64,000 nucleotides of DNA from Candidatus Obscuribacterales bacterium. Lineage in GTDB: Bacteria; Cyanobacteriota; Vampirovibrionia; Obscuribacterales; Obscuribacteraceae. Position 1 is the stretch's first letter. The number at the start of each line of letters is the position of its first letter. The stretch covers positions 3,648,001 to 3,712,000 of the forward strand of contig CBDDIJ010000003.1 in the NCBI GenBank assembly GCA_965228855.1, in the 5' to 3' direction. The position numbers and the translations under genes were made by a program. Positions 47,930-58,123 of this stretch are shown here, one piece after another. Under the pieces are notes generated by a model that saw only the letters and a list, made by a program, of their open reading frames with translations, ran no database searches and was not told where the DNA came from.

Positions 47930-48571
47930 CTACATATTATCCTTGACCCAAACGGCAAGCTGAGTTCGGTCGCGAAGATTCAATTGACCGAGGATTTTAG
48001 TAACGTAGTTCTTTACCGTTCCCTGGGTAATGTACAGCGTTTCGGCAATTTCCTTATTGCTCAGTCCCTTCGCTATCAACTCGATAACTTCAACTTCGCG
48101 CTCGCTAAAAGATTTTAGCAGGTCCGCTTTCTTGCTCTTTTCAGTGCCGTGCATTAGTGATACCACTTTCGGTGTCACGGCAGGACTGAGTTGAGTATAG
48201 CCTTCTTTGACCGCTCGGATGGCGGTCGCCAATTTCTCCGAAGGGCTATCCTTGAGAAGGTAACCGCAGGCACCGGCTTTCAGAGCTCCAACGATCAGGT
48301 CATCCTCGTCGTAGGTTGTAAGTACGAGAACTTTTACGGAGGGATAGCGCTTGCAAATTTCCTGAGTGGCTTCGACTCCTGTCTTCTTCGGCATGCGCAT
48401 GTCCATGAGCACCACATCCGGTTGAAGAAATCCGACCTGCGATATGGCTTCCTCTCCATCGCCGGCCTGCCCGACGATCTCGAGATCCTCTTCGAGGGCA
48501 AGCAAAGTCGCGAGTCCCTGGCGGACAAGCGTCTGGTCATCAACGATTAAAACTTTGATTTTCACGCGCAC
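47930..48571 (-). CDS. NarL/LuxR-family response regulator
   Basis: REC domain (VDD, DVVLMD, LTTY, GYLLK) and LuxR HTH (SEREVEV..LIAKGLSNKEIA). Confidence 0.95.
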   Translation of the reverse strand: MRVKIKVLIVDDQTLVRQGLATLLALEEDLEIVGQAGDGEEAISQVGFLQPDVVLMDMRMPKKTGVEATQEICKRYPSVKVLVLTTYDEDDLIVGALKAGACGYLLKDSPSEKLATAIRAVKEGYTQLSPAVTPKVVSLMHGTEKSKKADLLKSFSEREVEVIELIAKGLSNKEIAETLYITQGTVKNYVTKILGQLNLRDRTQLAVWVKDNM

Positions 48572-48573
48572 AA

Positions 48574-49827
48574 TTATACCGTGCCGGACTGAACGGGGTT
48601 GTTTATCGGGATTAGAACGCTGACAGTCGTGCCCGCCCCCTCGCCTGACGTTATATCGACATCGCCATGCAAGTCAGCTACACGTTCCTTGATTCCTGTC
48701 AAACCGAAACTGGCAAACTTTCCCTCGGCGTTAAACCCCTTACCATTATCCTTGACGACAATCTTCAAAGTGTTTCCATCGTTCGGTGCAATCAGTACTT
48801 CCAATCTATCCGCGCCGCTGTGCCTTATGCAGTTAGTGCATGACTCCTGAATGATGCGAAAAACCTGGTAGGAAGTAACAGGTGACAAGCTCGGCATATC
48901 TATATTTTTCGCTACTGCAATCGAGCCACCGCTTGCGATACCATCGAGCAGCGTCGCCATTGCTTCCTGAAAGTCGAATTCGTCGACACGCATCAGAGCA
49001 ATCGAATTGCGAACATCACGCAGACAGCGCTTCGCCATGCGCTCGGCCTCGCCGAGGGCCTCCTCCGATTTCTCTCGGTCGCGAGTTAAGAGTTTCCTCG
49101 CTACTTCGAGTTGAACGGAAAGCGAAGTAAGAGAATGTCCAACTCCGTCATGTATATCACGCGCGATACGAGAGCGCTCCAAATCGGCTGCCATGCTGGA
49201 GACTTCGCGGTTGAGCCGCTCCATAGCAAGCATCTGTTTCTTGCTAGACACGAGCGACTGCACCAATAGCGCCACCATCGCCATGACCACACCCTGCCAG
49301 AGGGTACCATAGAAAAATGTAGGCAATAGAAAAACAACAGCGGATCCAAGTTCAAGCGGCTCGCCATTCCAAGCCCAGAGCCAGTAACGAATGAATGAAG
49401 ACACGAATAACGCAAGATATACCCCGGCAAACAGCCACCAGGCTCGACGCTCGTCAATAAATAGAGCAACACGCGCAACGAGAACGGCAAAGAGCGGATT
49501 CAGCGTCACTGATTGTCCGAGCACGTAGGCGATACACGCAAATAATGTTGCAAGTGACAGTACGAAGATGCGCACTTTCAAAGGTTTCTCGCTTAGATCA
49601 ATGCGACAGATGAGATAGTAAATCACTAGACAAACTGCTGTCTCCGTCCATCGATTTATCCACATATTTTCTGGTGGTATCAATCGAAGCATCAGCAGGT
49701 GAGAGACAGCACTTACTATAAGAATGGCTTCCTCTACAAATTTGATTTGACGATACAGTCCATGATGAAAGAAGTGGTCTGAACTGCTTCCGTCTTCAGG
49801 TTTCGCCGCTATCAAATCATTGCTCAT
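48574..49827 (-). CDS. Membrane sensor histidine kinase (HisKA_3)
   Basis: Several TM segments; ERSRIARDIHDGVGH, QESCTN.IRHS, DNGKGF, FGLTGIKER. Start set at ATG 49827. Confidence 0.93.
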   Translation of the reverse strand: MSNDLIAAKPEDGSSSDHFFHHGLYRQIKFVEEAILIVSAVSHLLMLRLIPPENMWINRWTETAVCLVIYYLICRIDLSEKPLKVRIFVLSLATLFACIAYVLGQSVTLNPLFAVLVARVALFIDERRAWWLFAGVYLALFVSSFIRYWLWAWNGEPLELGSAVVFLLPTFFYGTLWQGVVMAMVALLVQSLVSSKKQMLAMERLNREVSSMAADLERSRIARDIHDGVGHSLTSLSVQLEVARKLLTRDREKSEEALGEAERMAKRCLRDVRNSIALMRVDEFDFQEAMATLLDGIASGGSIAVAKNIDMPSLSPVTSYQVFRIIQESCTNCIRHSGADRLEVLIAPNDGNTLKIVVKDNGKGFNAEGKFASFGLTGIKERVADLHGDVDITSGEGAGTTVSVLIPINNPVQSGTV

Positions 49828-49849
49828 AGTGCGATTCGAAATTCCCTTT

Positions 49850-51061
49850 TTACGTGTGGAAGATGCCAATCTTTTGCGGTTTAAAATTAGGAAACACACC
49901 GGCAATGTCATTATTTCCGAGCAAGTCGCGCACCACTTCAGAAAGAACGGAGCGGTAATCAAGCTCTACGGCTAAGCCGCTTGGTCCCAGGAAAATATTG
50001 GTCTGTTCCTTGAGTTCAGGCAGAGAACCAAAAACTCGCCCACCACTCACTCGACCGCCCAGTGCGAATAAGGCAAATCCGCGACCGTGGTCGGTTCCCA
50101 TAGAACTGTTTTCATAAATTCTCCGACCGAACTCGGTGAGAACAATGATTGAGACCCGTTCCTTATACTTTTGAATATCTTTGTACAAAGCGCTCAAACC
50201 GTTCGACAAATCCTCGATATTCGACGCTTGCTGACCGTCTGCCGCGCCTTGAAAAAAATGCGTGTCCCAGCCGTCATGGTCGACACAAGCGACCTCAAGT
50301 CCTACTTCGGCTTTAATCAGTTTTGAAACCTCACGCAAAGCGTTACCAAAAGTAGTTTCCGGATAGGTCACATTTCCGGCGTTTCTCGGGCTGACCCTCT
50401 TCACCTTTTCGATTTTAGAAAGCAGATCGATCGTGACCTTTCCGGCATGACCGAGAACGTCAATATCGGTCGAATAAAGCTTCGACAGAGCCTCAGCCAC
50501 CGAATCGGATTTACCGCGAGGCAAAGTAAGCTTGACCTCTTCGACCGATGTGAGTGCGCTCGCGGAAGGAGCACCTCTTAGCACCTCAGGCAAAGACTTA
50601 CCAATCGCCACCGCTGACAGTGGCGTCATTCCGCCTTGTCTCGTGCGAAGATGGCGACCGAGCCAGCCACCACCAAGTTTTTTACCGAATGCTTCACCGT
50701 GCTCGACCTGGTCCTGTGCTTCGAAATGAGAACCGGAAGTGTTGTCCGACCCAACACCTTGTACAATTGCCAGTTCACCATCGTGAAAGAACGGAACCAA
50801 TGCCTTCATTACCGGATGAAATGCGTAAAAATCGTTCAACTTCAGAGATGCCTTTCGCCCCTCGCTTCCTGGTTTGGCTATAGCAAGCGTGGGACGAACT
50901 TCATAGTATGCATCGTTGGCATACGGTATCACCATATTTAACGTATCAGCGCCGCCGCGCAGAAATATGCAGACGAGAGTGTGCGGCGTGCTGCCGCCAC
51001 GGGCGGTGTCAGTGGCAAATGCCAGACGTTTCAAAAATGCTCGTCTTGAAAGTGAGGTCAA
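49850..51061 (-). CDS. DUF1501-family protein
   Basis: SRRAFLK, FLRGGADTLN, SHFEAQD, GWDTH, TEFGR, GTDHG, DYRSV. Confidence 0.88.
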   Translation of the reverse strand: MTSLSRRAFLKRLAFATDTARGGSTPHTLVCIFLRGGADTLNMVIPYANDAYYEVRPTLAIAKPGSEGRKASLKLNDFYAFHPVMKALVPFFHDGELAIVQGVGSDNTSGSHFEAQDQVEHGEAFGKKLGGGWLGRHLRTRQGGMTPLSAVAIGKSLPEVLRGAPSASALTSVEEVKLTLPRGKSDSVAEALSKLYSTDIDVLGHAGKVTIDLLSKIEKVKRVSPRNAGNVTYPETTFGNALREVSKLIKAEVGLEVACVDHDGWDTHFFQGAADGQQASNIEDLSNGLSALYKDIQKYKERVSIIVLTEFGRRIYENSSMGTDHGRGFALFALGGRVSGGRVFGSLPELKEQTNIFLGPSGLAVELDYRSVLSEVVRDLLGNNDIAGVFPNFKPQKIGIFHT

Positions 51062-51064
51062 CAG

Positions 51065-52612
51065 TTAAAACCTCTGAAACGCGGGAGAAGCGATTACCAG
51101 TCCAAGCAGCTCGTTCAAGTGTGTCTCTGTCCCGGCAGTATTCGGGTCGCTCTTATCGGGCTGTTGAAAAGCTTTCAGAACAGCAACCTCAGAAGCCCTA
51201 GACATGCGACCGCAGAGATATCGAATCAACAAATCGGCGGTGACTTTCGGCTCTCTATCCGATGTCAACGCCTTGCGCAGAGCATCAAGATGAAGCGTGA
51301 CTGAATCAAGCTCATTGAATGAGAGTGCCAGAGCAAAGTTCCAGCGCCATAGTAGCGTTCCCAGCCAGGGGCTCATCTCCTCGGGGTAGCCATCCGGTGT
51401 AGGGTATTGAAAGGGACCGTGTCCCATCCGGGATAGATACTCGGTCAAACCGCTCTTTGCAAATGTATCGGCACCAAGAAGTCGAAGCGAAGACACGACA
51501 AATCGGAATGGTCTTTTAAACTTGTTTCCGCGATTTTCGGAGAATTCTTTCGATGTCAGAATCATACGAACCATCGGTCTAATCTCACCTTTTTCAGCGG
51601 AAAACACTTTCGCGACTCGCTCAACAAGCGACGGCGGTGGTTCATCGGAAACAAAAAGGCGCACGAGTTTTCCAGCCACATAGCGCGCCGTTGACGGGTG
51701 CGCAGTGACTATTTCAATAAGCGCGTCGATATCTTTGTCGCCACCACCAGCGGTGATGGTTTTACCTAATACGAGCTTCTCACCATCATCATGAAAAGCT
51801 TTGTCGAAATAGACGCTTCCCTTCGCGAATTCGCCGCGCTGGTGCAATCGCCAACCGGTGAGGCAGCGCGCGGCTTCAAACACGTCCTTTTGCGTGTATC
51901 CGCCGTTTACCCCAAGCGTGTGCAACTCCAGCAGTTCACGAGCATAGTTTTCGTTTGGAATATCGGTATTCTTTTCGCGCCTATTCTCTTTTCCGTCCAG
52001 GTAAACAAGCATGGCCGGTGACAAAGCGGAAGCGCGAATCAAATCTTTGAAATTCCCCAACGCGTGCTTTCGCACAACATCGCGATCATCAGAAGCTTTG
52101 AGATAAATGCAATCACCCTTTTCCAGATTAATATTCAAATGATCGGTCCAGAATGCCACCATAACCTCGAACAACTGACGCTTCGAATAAATAGCTTTGA
52201 GCAGCGTGTGACGCGTTATGTCATTTCGCAGCGCCTCGTCTTTAAACTCATAACAATCGCCCGGACGCATACTTATGGTTTCAAATCGTCGGGAACGCAT
52301 GTCGCAAAGAGAATCGTCGATCGACTCAGGTTCGAGTTGCTCATCAATCCAATTCTCGATGCCCTGCGCGCGAACACGTGCGACATCGCCAGGCCAGGGT
52401 GCATAGGCAGCGCGTGACAGGAGGTGAAAAACAGGGTCGATGTCAGCGCTGCTGCAAACAGCAATGTGTGCCGGAATCGCCAGTCCAAAACGCTCGGTGG
52501 TTTCACTTATAACGCGCTCACAGCCACTCAAAAGAGAGCCGCCACCAAGTAGCGCACCAGCCTTGAGTATGGCTCGTCGACTTACCCGCCGAGGTTTGCC
52601 ACCACGCTCCAT
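51065..52612 (-). CDS. DUF1800-family protein with a Tat/lipoprotein-like N-terminus
   Basis: SRRAILK..LSGC; QLFEVMVAFWTDH, PAMLVYLD, PNENYARELLELHTLG, ARCLTGW, PTPDGYP. Confidence 0.9.
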   Translation of the reverse strand: MERGGKPRRVSRRAILKAGALLGGGSLLSGCERVISETTERFGLAIPAHIAVCSSADIDPVFHLLSRAAYAPWPGDVARVRAQGIENWIDEQLEPESIDDSLCDMRSRRFETISMRPGDCYEFKDEALRNDITRHTLLKAIYSKRQLFEVMVAFWTDHLNINLEKGDCIYLKASDDRDVVRKHALGNFKDLIRASALSPAMLVYLDGKENRREKNTDIPNENYARELLELHTLGVNGGYTQKDVFEAARCLTGWRLHQRGEFAKGSVYFDKAFHDDGEKLVLGKTITAGGGDKDIDALIEIVTAHPSTARYVAGKLVRLFVSDEPPPSLVERVAKVFSAEKGEIRPMVRMILTSKEFSENRGNKFKRPFRFVVSSLRLLGADTFAKSGLTEYLSRMGHGPFQYPTPDGYPEEMSPWLGTLLWRWNFALALSFNELDSVTLHLDALRKALTSDREPKVTADLLIRYLCGRMSRASEVAVLKAFQQPDKSDPNTAGTETHLNELLGLVIASPAFQRF

Positions 52613-52614
52613 GA

Positions 52615-53193
52615 CTACCGCTCTTTGTTGAAATCCGAAGAGTCAACTACTGTTTCACTACGCGCATTTTCGACTGCGGGCTCGCGCGCCACAGCTGCGG
52701 TCGCGCGAGAGTTCTTCCATTCGCGGAAAACAGCTCGAATTGACGCACCACAACCGACGACGAAGGCTATCGGCATCAACACGAACCAACCGACGACGGG
52801 GAAAAGGAAGCTCAAAACTAAAACGGCACCACCGCGAACGGTTTCCTTCCAGGGTGGTTGGCTGTGCGAACGATCTCCGAGTTTGTCGCCAATCAATCCA
52901 GCGAGGCCGGACACTCCAATACTTGCGAATAGAATGTAAACACCAAGCAGAATGAAGGCAACCAAACCCCAGGGTCCCTGTTTGTCGTTAGCAAGGGCGA
53001 AAAAGGCCACAACCACCATCGCGGTTAATGGCACCCCCACAAAAAAGGACTTGAGCATCCCGTCATCATGGGCGTCTCGTGCATGCCTGACGAGAGGTTC
53101 CCAGATTGCTCGGCAAAAGAGCCAGACGGCGTTAAAGCAAATCAAGAGCCCCACTATGACCAGGAAAATCGCCATGGTATCGGCAAGAACCAT
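52615..53193 (-). CDS. Small polytopic membrane protein
   Basis: About five hydrophobic segments, FPVVGW; first gene of the DUF1800 operon. Confidence 0.75.
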   Translation of the reverse strand: MVLADTMAIFLVIVGLLICFNAVWLFCRAIWEPLVRHARDAHDDGMLKSFFVGVPLTAMVVVAFFALANDKQGPWGLVAFILLGVYILFASIGVSGLAGLIGDKLGDRSHSQPPWKETVRGGAVLVLSFLFPVVGWFVLMPIAFVVGCGASIRAVFREWKNSRATAAVAREPAVENARSETVVDSSDFNKER

Positions 53194-53340
53194 ACTTCAT
53201 CGACCTCAAGCTCGCTAACGGCAGGTGCCCGGAACGCCTTTGTAGCCTTTCATACTTATACCCAACTCCACTACAACAGGGTGCTAAAATCCTCTGAGTC
53301 GCGGTGCGACCAGTTACAATCGTAAGCCAGGTGAAACAGG

Positions 53341-54282
53341 ATGAAACTTTTGCTTGCTATCGACGATTCGGTACATTCCGAAAAAGCAGTCGAGGCACTT
53401 TGCCATATAGAGTGGCTCAGAGGATCTGAGCTCAAACTCCTGAATGTTGTTAAGCCGATGGAATATCTGCTGCCATTCGGCACCGACGACACCGAGGGCA
53501 AGGAAGCTGAACTGACCAAAGCCCGCAGCGCCTGGTTGGATCAATTGTCGGAAAAGATCTCATCGAAACTGCCGGCGCTCAAAATGTCGCACGAGGTCAA
53601 ATTCGGCGATACGCGGTTCGTAATAATAAACACAGCGGTCGCTGACAACGCGGAATTGATCGTGATGGGCTCGCAAGGACGTACGGGCGTAGAGCGGTTT
53701 ATCCTCGGTAGCGTTTCCTGCAGTGTTGTCGAATACGCACCATGCCCGGTGCTGATTATAAAAGGCGAGCCGGAGGCGTGGGGCGATTTCGAGCGAATTT
53801 TCGTAGCCTTCGACGGTTCGGCTTACTCGCATGATGCGATTGATTGGACCATCGATCACCACTGGGCACCAAACACGAAAGTTCATATCGTCATGACCCT
53901 GCCGGAGTTCGATACCGCGGACGCACAGAACGTCAGTCAGGTTGAGAGCGGCGTGCTAAAAGCCCAATGGACAATCATCAACGCCAAAGCGATGGATATG
54001 CTCAAAGAAGCGGCAGAGGAGATTGGCAGAACGGTCGGGCGCGAGAACGTCACAATCGAAGCGCTACCTGGAGATCCTCGTACAGAATTGTTGAAGGCAG
54101 CCACCAGATTCGGTGCAAACTTGATAATCATGGGCTCGCGTGGTCGGACGGGACTGACGAAGTTTTTACTCGGTTCGGTCTCCCTCCACATGGCTAATCA
54201 CTCGACCGTCCCAATCGTTATCGTGCGCCGATTGGCACCGGAAACGCTTGCCAGCCTCTATGCACCGGAAGCTAAGAAATAG
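53341..54282 (+). CDS. Universal stress protein with tandem USP domains
   Basis: LLAIDDS / FVAFDGS and two copies of the IxMGSxGRTG...LGSVS motif. Confidence 0.93.
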   Translation: MKLLLAIDDSVHSEKAVEALCHIEWLRGSELKLLNVVKPMEYLLPFGTDDTEGKEAELTKARSAWLDQLSEKISSKLPALKMSHEVKFGDTRFVIINTAVADNAELIVMGSQGRTGVERFILGSVSCSVVEYAPCPVLIIKGEPEAWGDFERIFVAFDGSAYSHDAIDWTIDHHWAPNTKVHIVMTLPEFDTADAQNVSQVESGVLKAQWTIINAKAMDMLKEAAEEIGRTVGRENVTIEALPGDPRTELLKAATRFGANLIIMGSRGRTGLTKFLLGSVSLHMANHSTVPIVIVRRLAPETLASLYAPEAKK

Positions 54283-54300
54283 AGCTATTCGCCACCGCGC

Positions 54301-55014
54301 TCAATCCCACTCGAACATCCATTGATAAATCTCCTCGTATAATTCGAGAGGACAATCCATGGTCCCCTCGACCACATAAGTCGGAGTTCCGAAATTGGTT
54401 CCTTGCGGAGCTTCCTTAAGCTCCGAGATGGGAACGATTATCTGCTTGAGGGCATTGCCGGCGCGGTCCTGGAAGGTTATCTTCACCGAATTTTGAGTGC
54501 GGCTAAACTCGCGCAAATTTCCAATCGGACCGAGCAGAGCAAGCCGAATATGTATTTGACCAGCGGTCCATGCTGTTTTTAGAAATGCATCGATTCCCAC
54601 AGGCTGGATGGATACCGACGCCCAGCTCCTGATCACGGCGGCTTTGTCCAGGCGCCACTTCGGGTACTGCGAGGCAGTGTTATCCACAGCGGCTGATCCA
54701 GCACTGCCACCACCGGCACTACCACCATCACCGCGCTTGAGCAGACGCCCTCGCTCGAAAGTCGGTCCTTGAGCGGAAGCGCCTTTATCCGCTCCCCAAT
54801 TGGCTGCATTAGACTCATGAGGTTGCTCGATATTCATTTGTCCGGCCCCCGCGTCGCCGCGATTGGCAGTTTGAACCTGATTTGCGGTTTCAGCTGGTGA
54901 GGTTGAACTGGAAGAATTGGAGCCGTTTGGAGCGCCACCGCCGGCGCAACCACAAATGCAGAACACGAGAACGCCTGCCAACAATCGCGAACAAACGAGC
55001 GAAAAATGTTTCAT
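54301..55014 (-). CDS. Hypothetical lipoprotein
   Basis: Lipobox ICGC followed by a Ser/Gly-rich linker. Confidence 0.65.
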   Translation of the reverse strand: MKHFSLVCSRLLAGVLVFCICGCAGGGAPNGSNSSSSTSPAETANQVQTANRGDAGAGQMNIEQPHESNAANWGADKGASAQGPTFERGRLLKRGDGGSAGGGSAGSAAVDNTASQYPKWRLDKAAVIRSWASVSIQPVGIDAFLKTAWTAGQIHIRLALLGPIGNLREFSRTQNSVKITFQDRAGNALKQIIVPISELKEAPQGTNFGTPTYVVEGTMDCPLELYEEIYQWMFEWD

Positions 55015-55127
55015 GCAGACCTACTAGGTTTGTTTGGTAAAACGAAAGGATACCTTGCAATAACAAGTGTATCCCCTTTCGTTCAAATTTTTGCGACGTC
55101 CGTTTATCAGTTCAACTAGCCGCTAAA

Positions 55128-55637
55128 TCATGCGGCGTCCGATCTGTCCTGTGGCAGAGAAAAATCAGACGCGTTTATCTGGCCCAGGAAATTGACGAAG
55201 TCCTCCTTTTCTTTGGCATCGGCCTCTTCATCGAGCGAAATTGTTCCCTCTGCAAAAACCTCGGGCGAGACGTAAATAGGCGCGTGCGCCCTGAGAGCAA
55301 GAGCCACTGCATCCGATGGACGGGCATCGATCACCTGCCGAAACTCGCGGCTCTGTTTAAATGTCAAAGTAATCGATGCAAGAAATGCTCCGTCAATACT
55401 GTCATTAATATCGACTTTCTCGACGTCGAAACCCAAACTCTCAATCACGTTCATCAACAAGTCGTGAGTCATCGGGCGCTCGACCTGTTCCTCGGCTAAC
55501 GCCATGCCGATTGAGGTGGCCTCAGCGTAACCGATCCAGATAGGCAATGCTCTTCGCCGATCCGCATCGTTCAAAACAAGTATCGGCTGTTTGTTTCTAG
55601 GATCGAGCGTAATGCCCGAAACATACATCTCACTCAT
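55128..55637 (-). CDS. Bifunctional DNase/RNase family protein (DUF151)
   Basis: LPIWIG..EA.SI, RPMTHDL, IDARPSDAVALALR. Confidence 0.92.
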   Translation of the reverse strand: MSEMYVSGITLDPRNKQPILVLNDADRRRALPIWIGYAEATSIGMALAEEQVERPMTHDLLMNVIESLGFDVEKVDINDSIDGAFLASITLTFKQSREFRQVIDARPSDAVALALRAHAPIYVSPEVFAEGTISLDEEADAKEKEDFVNFLGQINASDFSLPQDRSDAA

Positions 55638-55852
55638 ACCATGCTCCTACTACGCGAGCCGCATCTCTTCTATTGTTTGTCACACTCAAAGTAGCACCGA
55701 TTAAAAGATCCAATGCTCCATAATTCTCGTGATAACACCAATAGAGCCCGGCTTCGCCAGTCTAAACAATTAAATTACAACTTCGGGAAAACGCGCATCT
55801 AGACTGAATCCAACAAATAGGTATACTAGGACCATGGCTTGATTTTGCCGCC

Positions 55853-56428
55853 ATGCAGCAAACCCTTTCACAGGTAGCAGTTATGTTTTCTTCAAACCCT
55901 TTATATGCATCAAAACTGCTCGCAGCGGCTGTTTTAGCTACAGGGATGATTGCGCTATCGGGCAATATCGCTTTCGCTGCCAATGAAAAAGAAGCGACAG
56001 ATCCGGCTTACAAAAACGCTGTCGCGCTGTATCAGAAAGCCGATTATGCCGGTGCGCAAACCGAGTTTGAAAAGTTGACGAACTCAAAGACGGTTGGAGA
56101 AACATCCAAGTACTACCGGGCCCTTTGTTTACAGAATCAGAAACAATACGGTCCGGCAAAGACGCAATATATGGCGCTCTACAAATCCTCAACCGATAAA
56201 GAGGTGAGATACAAGGCCTGGGAAGCTTTACGAGCATTACCCGGCTTAATGGGCAGCAAGCCGGTATCAACGAAAGTGGCTTCAGCAGCGAAAAGCGCCT
56301 CCAAAGAAGGTCCGGGATCAGATGTCTGGATTACGCCCAAAGAGGGCTATGGACGGTCTGGACCGGCTGCCTCATCGGAAGTCAACGTCACGATAATCCC
56401 TACTTCGTGCGGTCGGCGCCATCGATAA
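55853..56428 (+). CDS. Secreted TPR-like protein
   Basis: Signal peptide ending AFA; YKNAVALYQKADY..A and YYRALCLQ. Confidence 0.7.
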   Translation: MQQTLSQVAVMFSSNPLYASKLLAAAVLATGMIALSGNIAFAANEKEATDPAYKNAVALYQKADYAGAQTEFEKLTNSKTVGETSKYYRALCLQNQKQYGPAKTQYMALYKSSTDKEVRYKAWEALRALPGLMGSKPVSTKVASAAKSASKEGPGSDVWITPKEGYGRSGPAASSEVNVTIIPTSCGRRHR

Positions 56429-56481
56429 AATACTGAACCAGTGGGATTTGCCGCAAGATTTTGTCATAGTGATTATTTACC

Positions 56482-56510
56482 TTGACAACGATTCGCGGTA
56501 TACATATATT
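56482..56510 (+). promoter_or_regulatory. Sigma70 promoter for the tadE-like genes
   Basis: TTGACA (56482-56487), 17-nt spacer, TATATT (56505-56510). Confidence 0.65.
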
Positions 56511-56563
56511 GATCGAGGTGATCGACAGTCCATTTTGAACGTCGGTTCGGGCACAGTGCAATA

Positions 56564-57025
56564 ATGAAATTTCGTTCTCGTCTTACTAAAACAAGGAATA
56601 CCAACGGCAGTGCAATTGCGGAGACAGCTCCGGCGTTGTTCCTGCTTTTCCTGGTAATTCTCTTTCCACTCATAGACCTGCTGTACATGGGTCTGGCATT
56701 CGGTCTGGTTTGGTATTTGAACCACCTGGAGGTGCGTGAGCTGGCTGTCCGTGTTCCATCGGAGAGCAGTCAGGTTCTCACCGATATAGATGCCCTCTAC
56801 ACAAGCACAGGTTTCGGCAAATTTATCGGCTTGACCGTCCCTCGCATCCAGCATCCGGGTGGGGCCGCATATGGTGGCAACCCGCTGACAGTGACGTGCA
56901 CGACGGTCGCGACCATTAATCCATTCTTGAATATTCCCTTTGTAATTCCGATTTCCGGACTCAATCAACCGGCGACATTTACAGTCACCAGCTCCAGACT
57001 CCAGGAAGAAGAAGGCAGAAACTAA
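56564..57025 (+). CDS. TadE-like minor pilin
   Basis: Basic leader, G|SAIAE (Glu at +5), hydrophobic helix. Confidence 0.75.
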   Translation: MKFRSRLTKTRNTNGSAIAETAPALFLLFLVILFPLIDLLYMGLAFGLVWYLNHLEVRELAVRVPSESSQVLTDIDALYTSTGFGKFIGLTVPRIQHPGGAAYGGNPLTVTCTTVATINPFLNIPFVIPISGLNQPATFTVTSSRLQEEEGRN

Positions 57026-57029
57026 CCAC

Positions 57030-57455
57030 ATGCGCAAACCCAGACACTTAAAACGCACTCGTGGAGCCAGTCTTGTAGAAGTAACGGCTGGATTGTTTTT
57101 GCTTCTTCCATTATTCCTGTGCATCATCGATCTTTCTGCCATAGTACTAGGACAGATTACAAACGACTCCCTGGCTAAACGTGTCGCCAGAGCAGCAGCC
57201 CACCAGAATAATGCCAGTGCGGCGAGTGCGGCAGCTACCGCCGTTATCACTGCTACTGCGGTCAACGGGATCGTCTCGAGTCCAGCGCTCGTTAATATGA
57301 ACTTCAACGACGTCAGCCCCGGAAATGTGATTTGTGAAACCAAAGTCCTCATCACCATTCCCGCGCCCGTACCCTTCGTCCCGTTGCTACAGCGCAGTCG
57401 CGAGATGCGAGCCCGAGCGACTGAGCCGATAGTGATGCTTCCCGCACTTCCGTAA
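57030..57455 (+). CDS. TadE-like minor pilin
   Basis: RG|ASLVE, hydrophobic helix, AKRVARAAA. Confidence 0.8.
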   Translation: MRKPRHLKRTRGASLVEVTAGLFLLLPLFLCIIDLSAIVLGQITNDSLAKRVARAAAHQNNASAASAAATAVITATAVNGIVSSPALVNMNFNDVSPGNVICETKVLITIPAPVPFVPLLQRSREMRARATEPIVMLPALP

Positions 57456-58123
57456 TGAAGAATCTACTTTCAAAGTCCCAGAACGCAAGTAATCATTCTC
57501 GAAATCTATTGTCGTTTTTCGCGGCGAGCCTTTTACTGGTTGCCGGAAATTTTTTCTCAGCGCACTTCGTGCACGCCGCTAATCAAAAGCAAATTGAGTG
57601 TTGCGAGAATTGTGAGAAAGGGGAAACGGCGAGCGCAAAAGCCAAAGAAAAATTGCTAGCGCAGAAGAAGTCGATTCCGCTGACAGCGGCGAAACCAGCC
57701 CCCATTGCAGTCACGAAGCCGACAGCAAAACCCTCTCACGAGAAAACGCTTGCGGAGCGTCGCGACGAAAAGGTCACCATCAAATCTAATACCAAACAAA
57801 TAGAACTGGTCGGCGAAGTCGTCGACACCTGGTGCTACAGCTCAGGTGTCATGGGAGAGGGTCGCGGAGAGAAACATCGAAAATGTGGAAGGCTCTGCGT
57901 CGGCGGAGGTGTCACAGCCGGAATTCTAACCGACGACGGCACACTATACATAGCCGCCAAACATCAGGGTTATAACGGCTGTGCCGGTCTGCTTCTACCG
58001 TATGTGGCCGACCGTGTGAAGGTGAGCGGTTGGCTCGCGGAGCGCGGAGGCGTCAAACTGTTGAAGATTCTCAAGGTTGAACGGGTGAAAACACCTGCCA
58101 AAACGAATACCAAGCATCCTTGA
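57455..58123 (+). CDS. Secreted protein with Cys/His motifs
   Basis: Signal peptide; CCENC and GEVVDTWCY...HRKCGRLCVGGG; TAATG coupling to the upstream pilin gene. Confidence 0.7.
   Translation: MKNLLSKSQNASNHSRNLLSFFAASLLLVAGNFFSAHFVHAANQKQIECCENCEKGETASAKAKEKLLAQKKSIPLTAAKPAPIAVTKPTAKPSHEKTLAERRDEKVTIKSNTKQIELVGEVVDTWCYSSGVMGEGRGEKHRKCGRLCVGGGVTAGILTDDGTLYIAAKHQGYNGCAGLLLPYVADRVKVSGWLAERGGVKLLKILKVERVKTPAKTNTKHP

Noticed and set aside
55128..55637. DUF151 nuclease as part of a defence system
   Set aside because: A widespread stand-alone gene with no defence-associated neighbours here.
56477..57358. 293-aa minus-strand ORF
   Set aside because: Antisense shadow of the two TadE-like genes, which have a promoter and pilin motifs.
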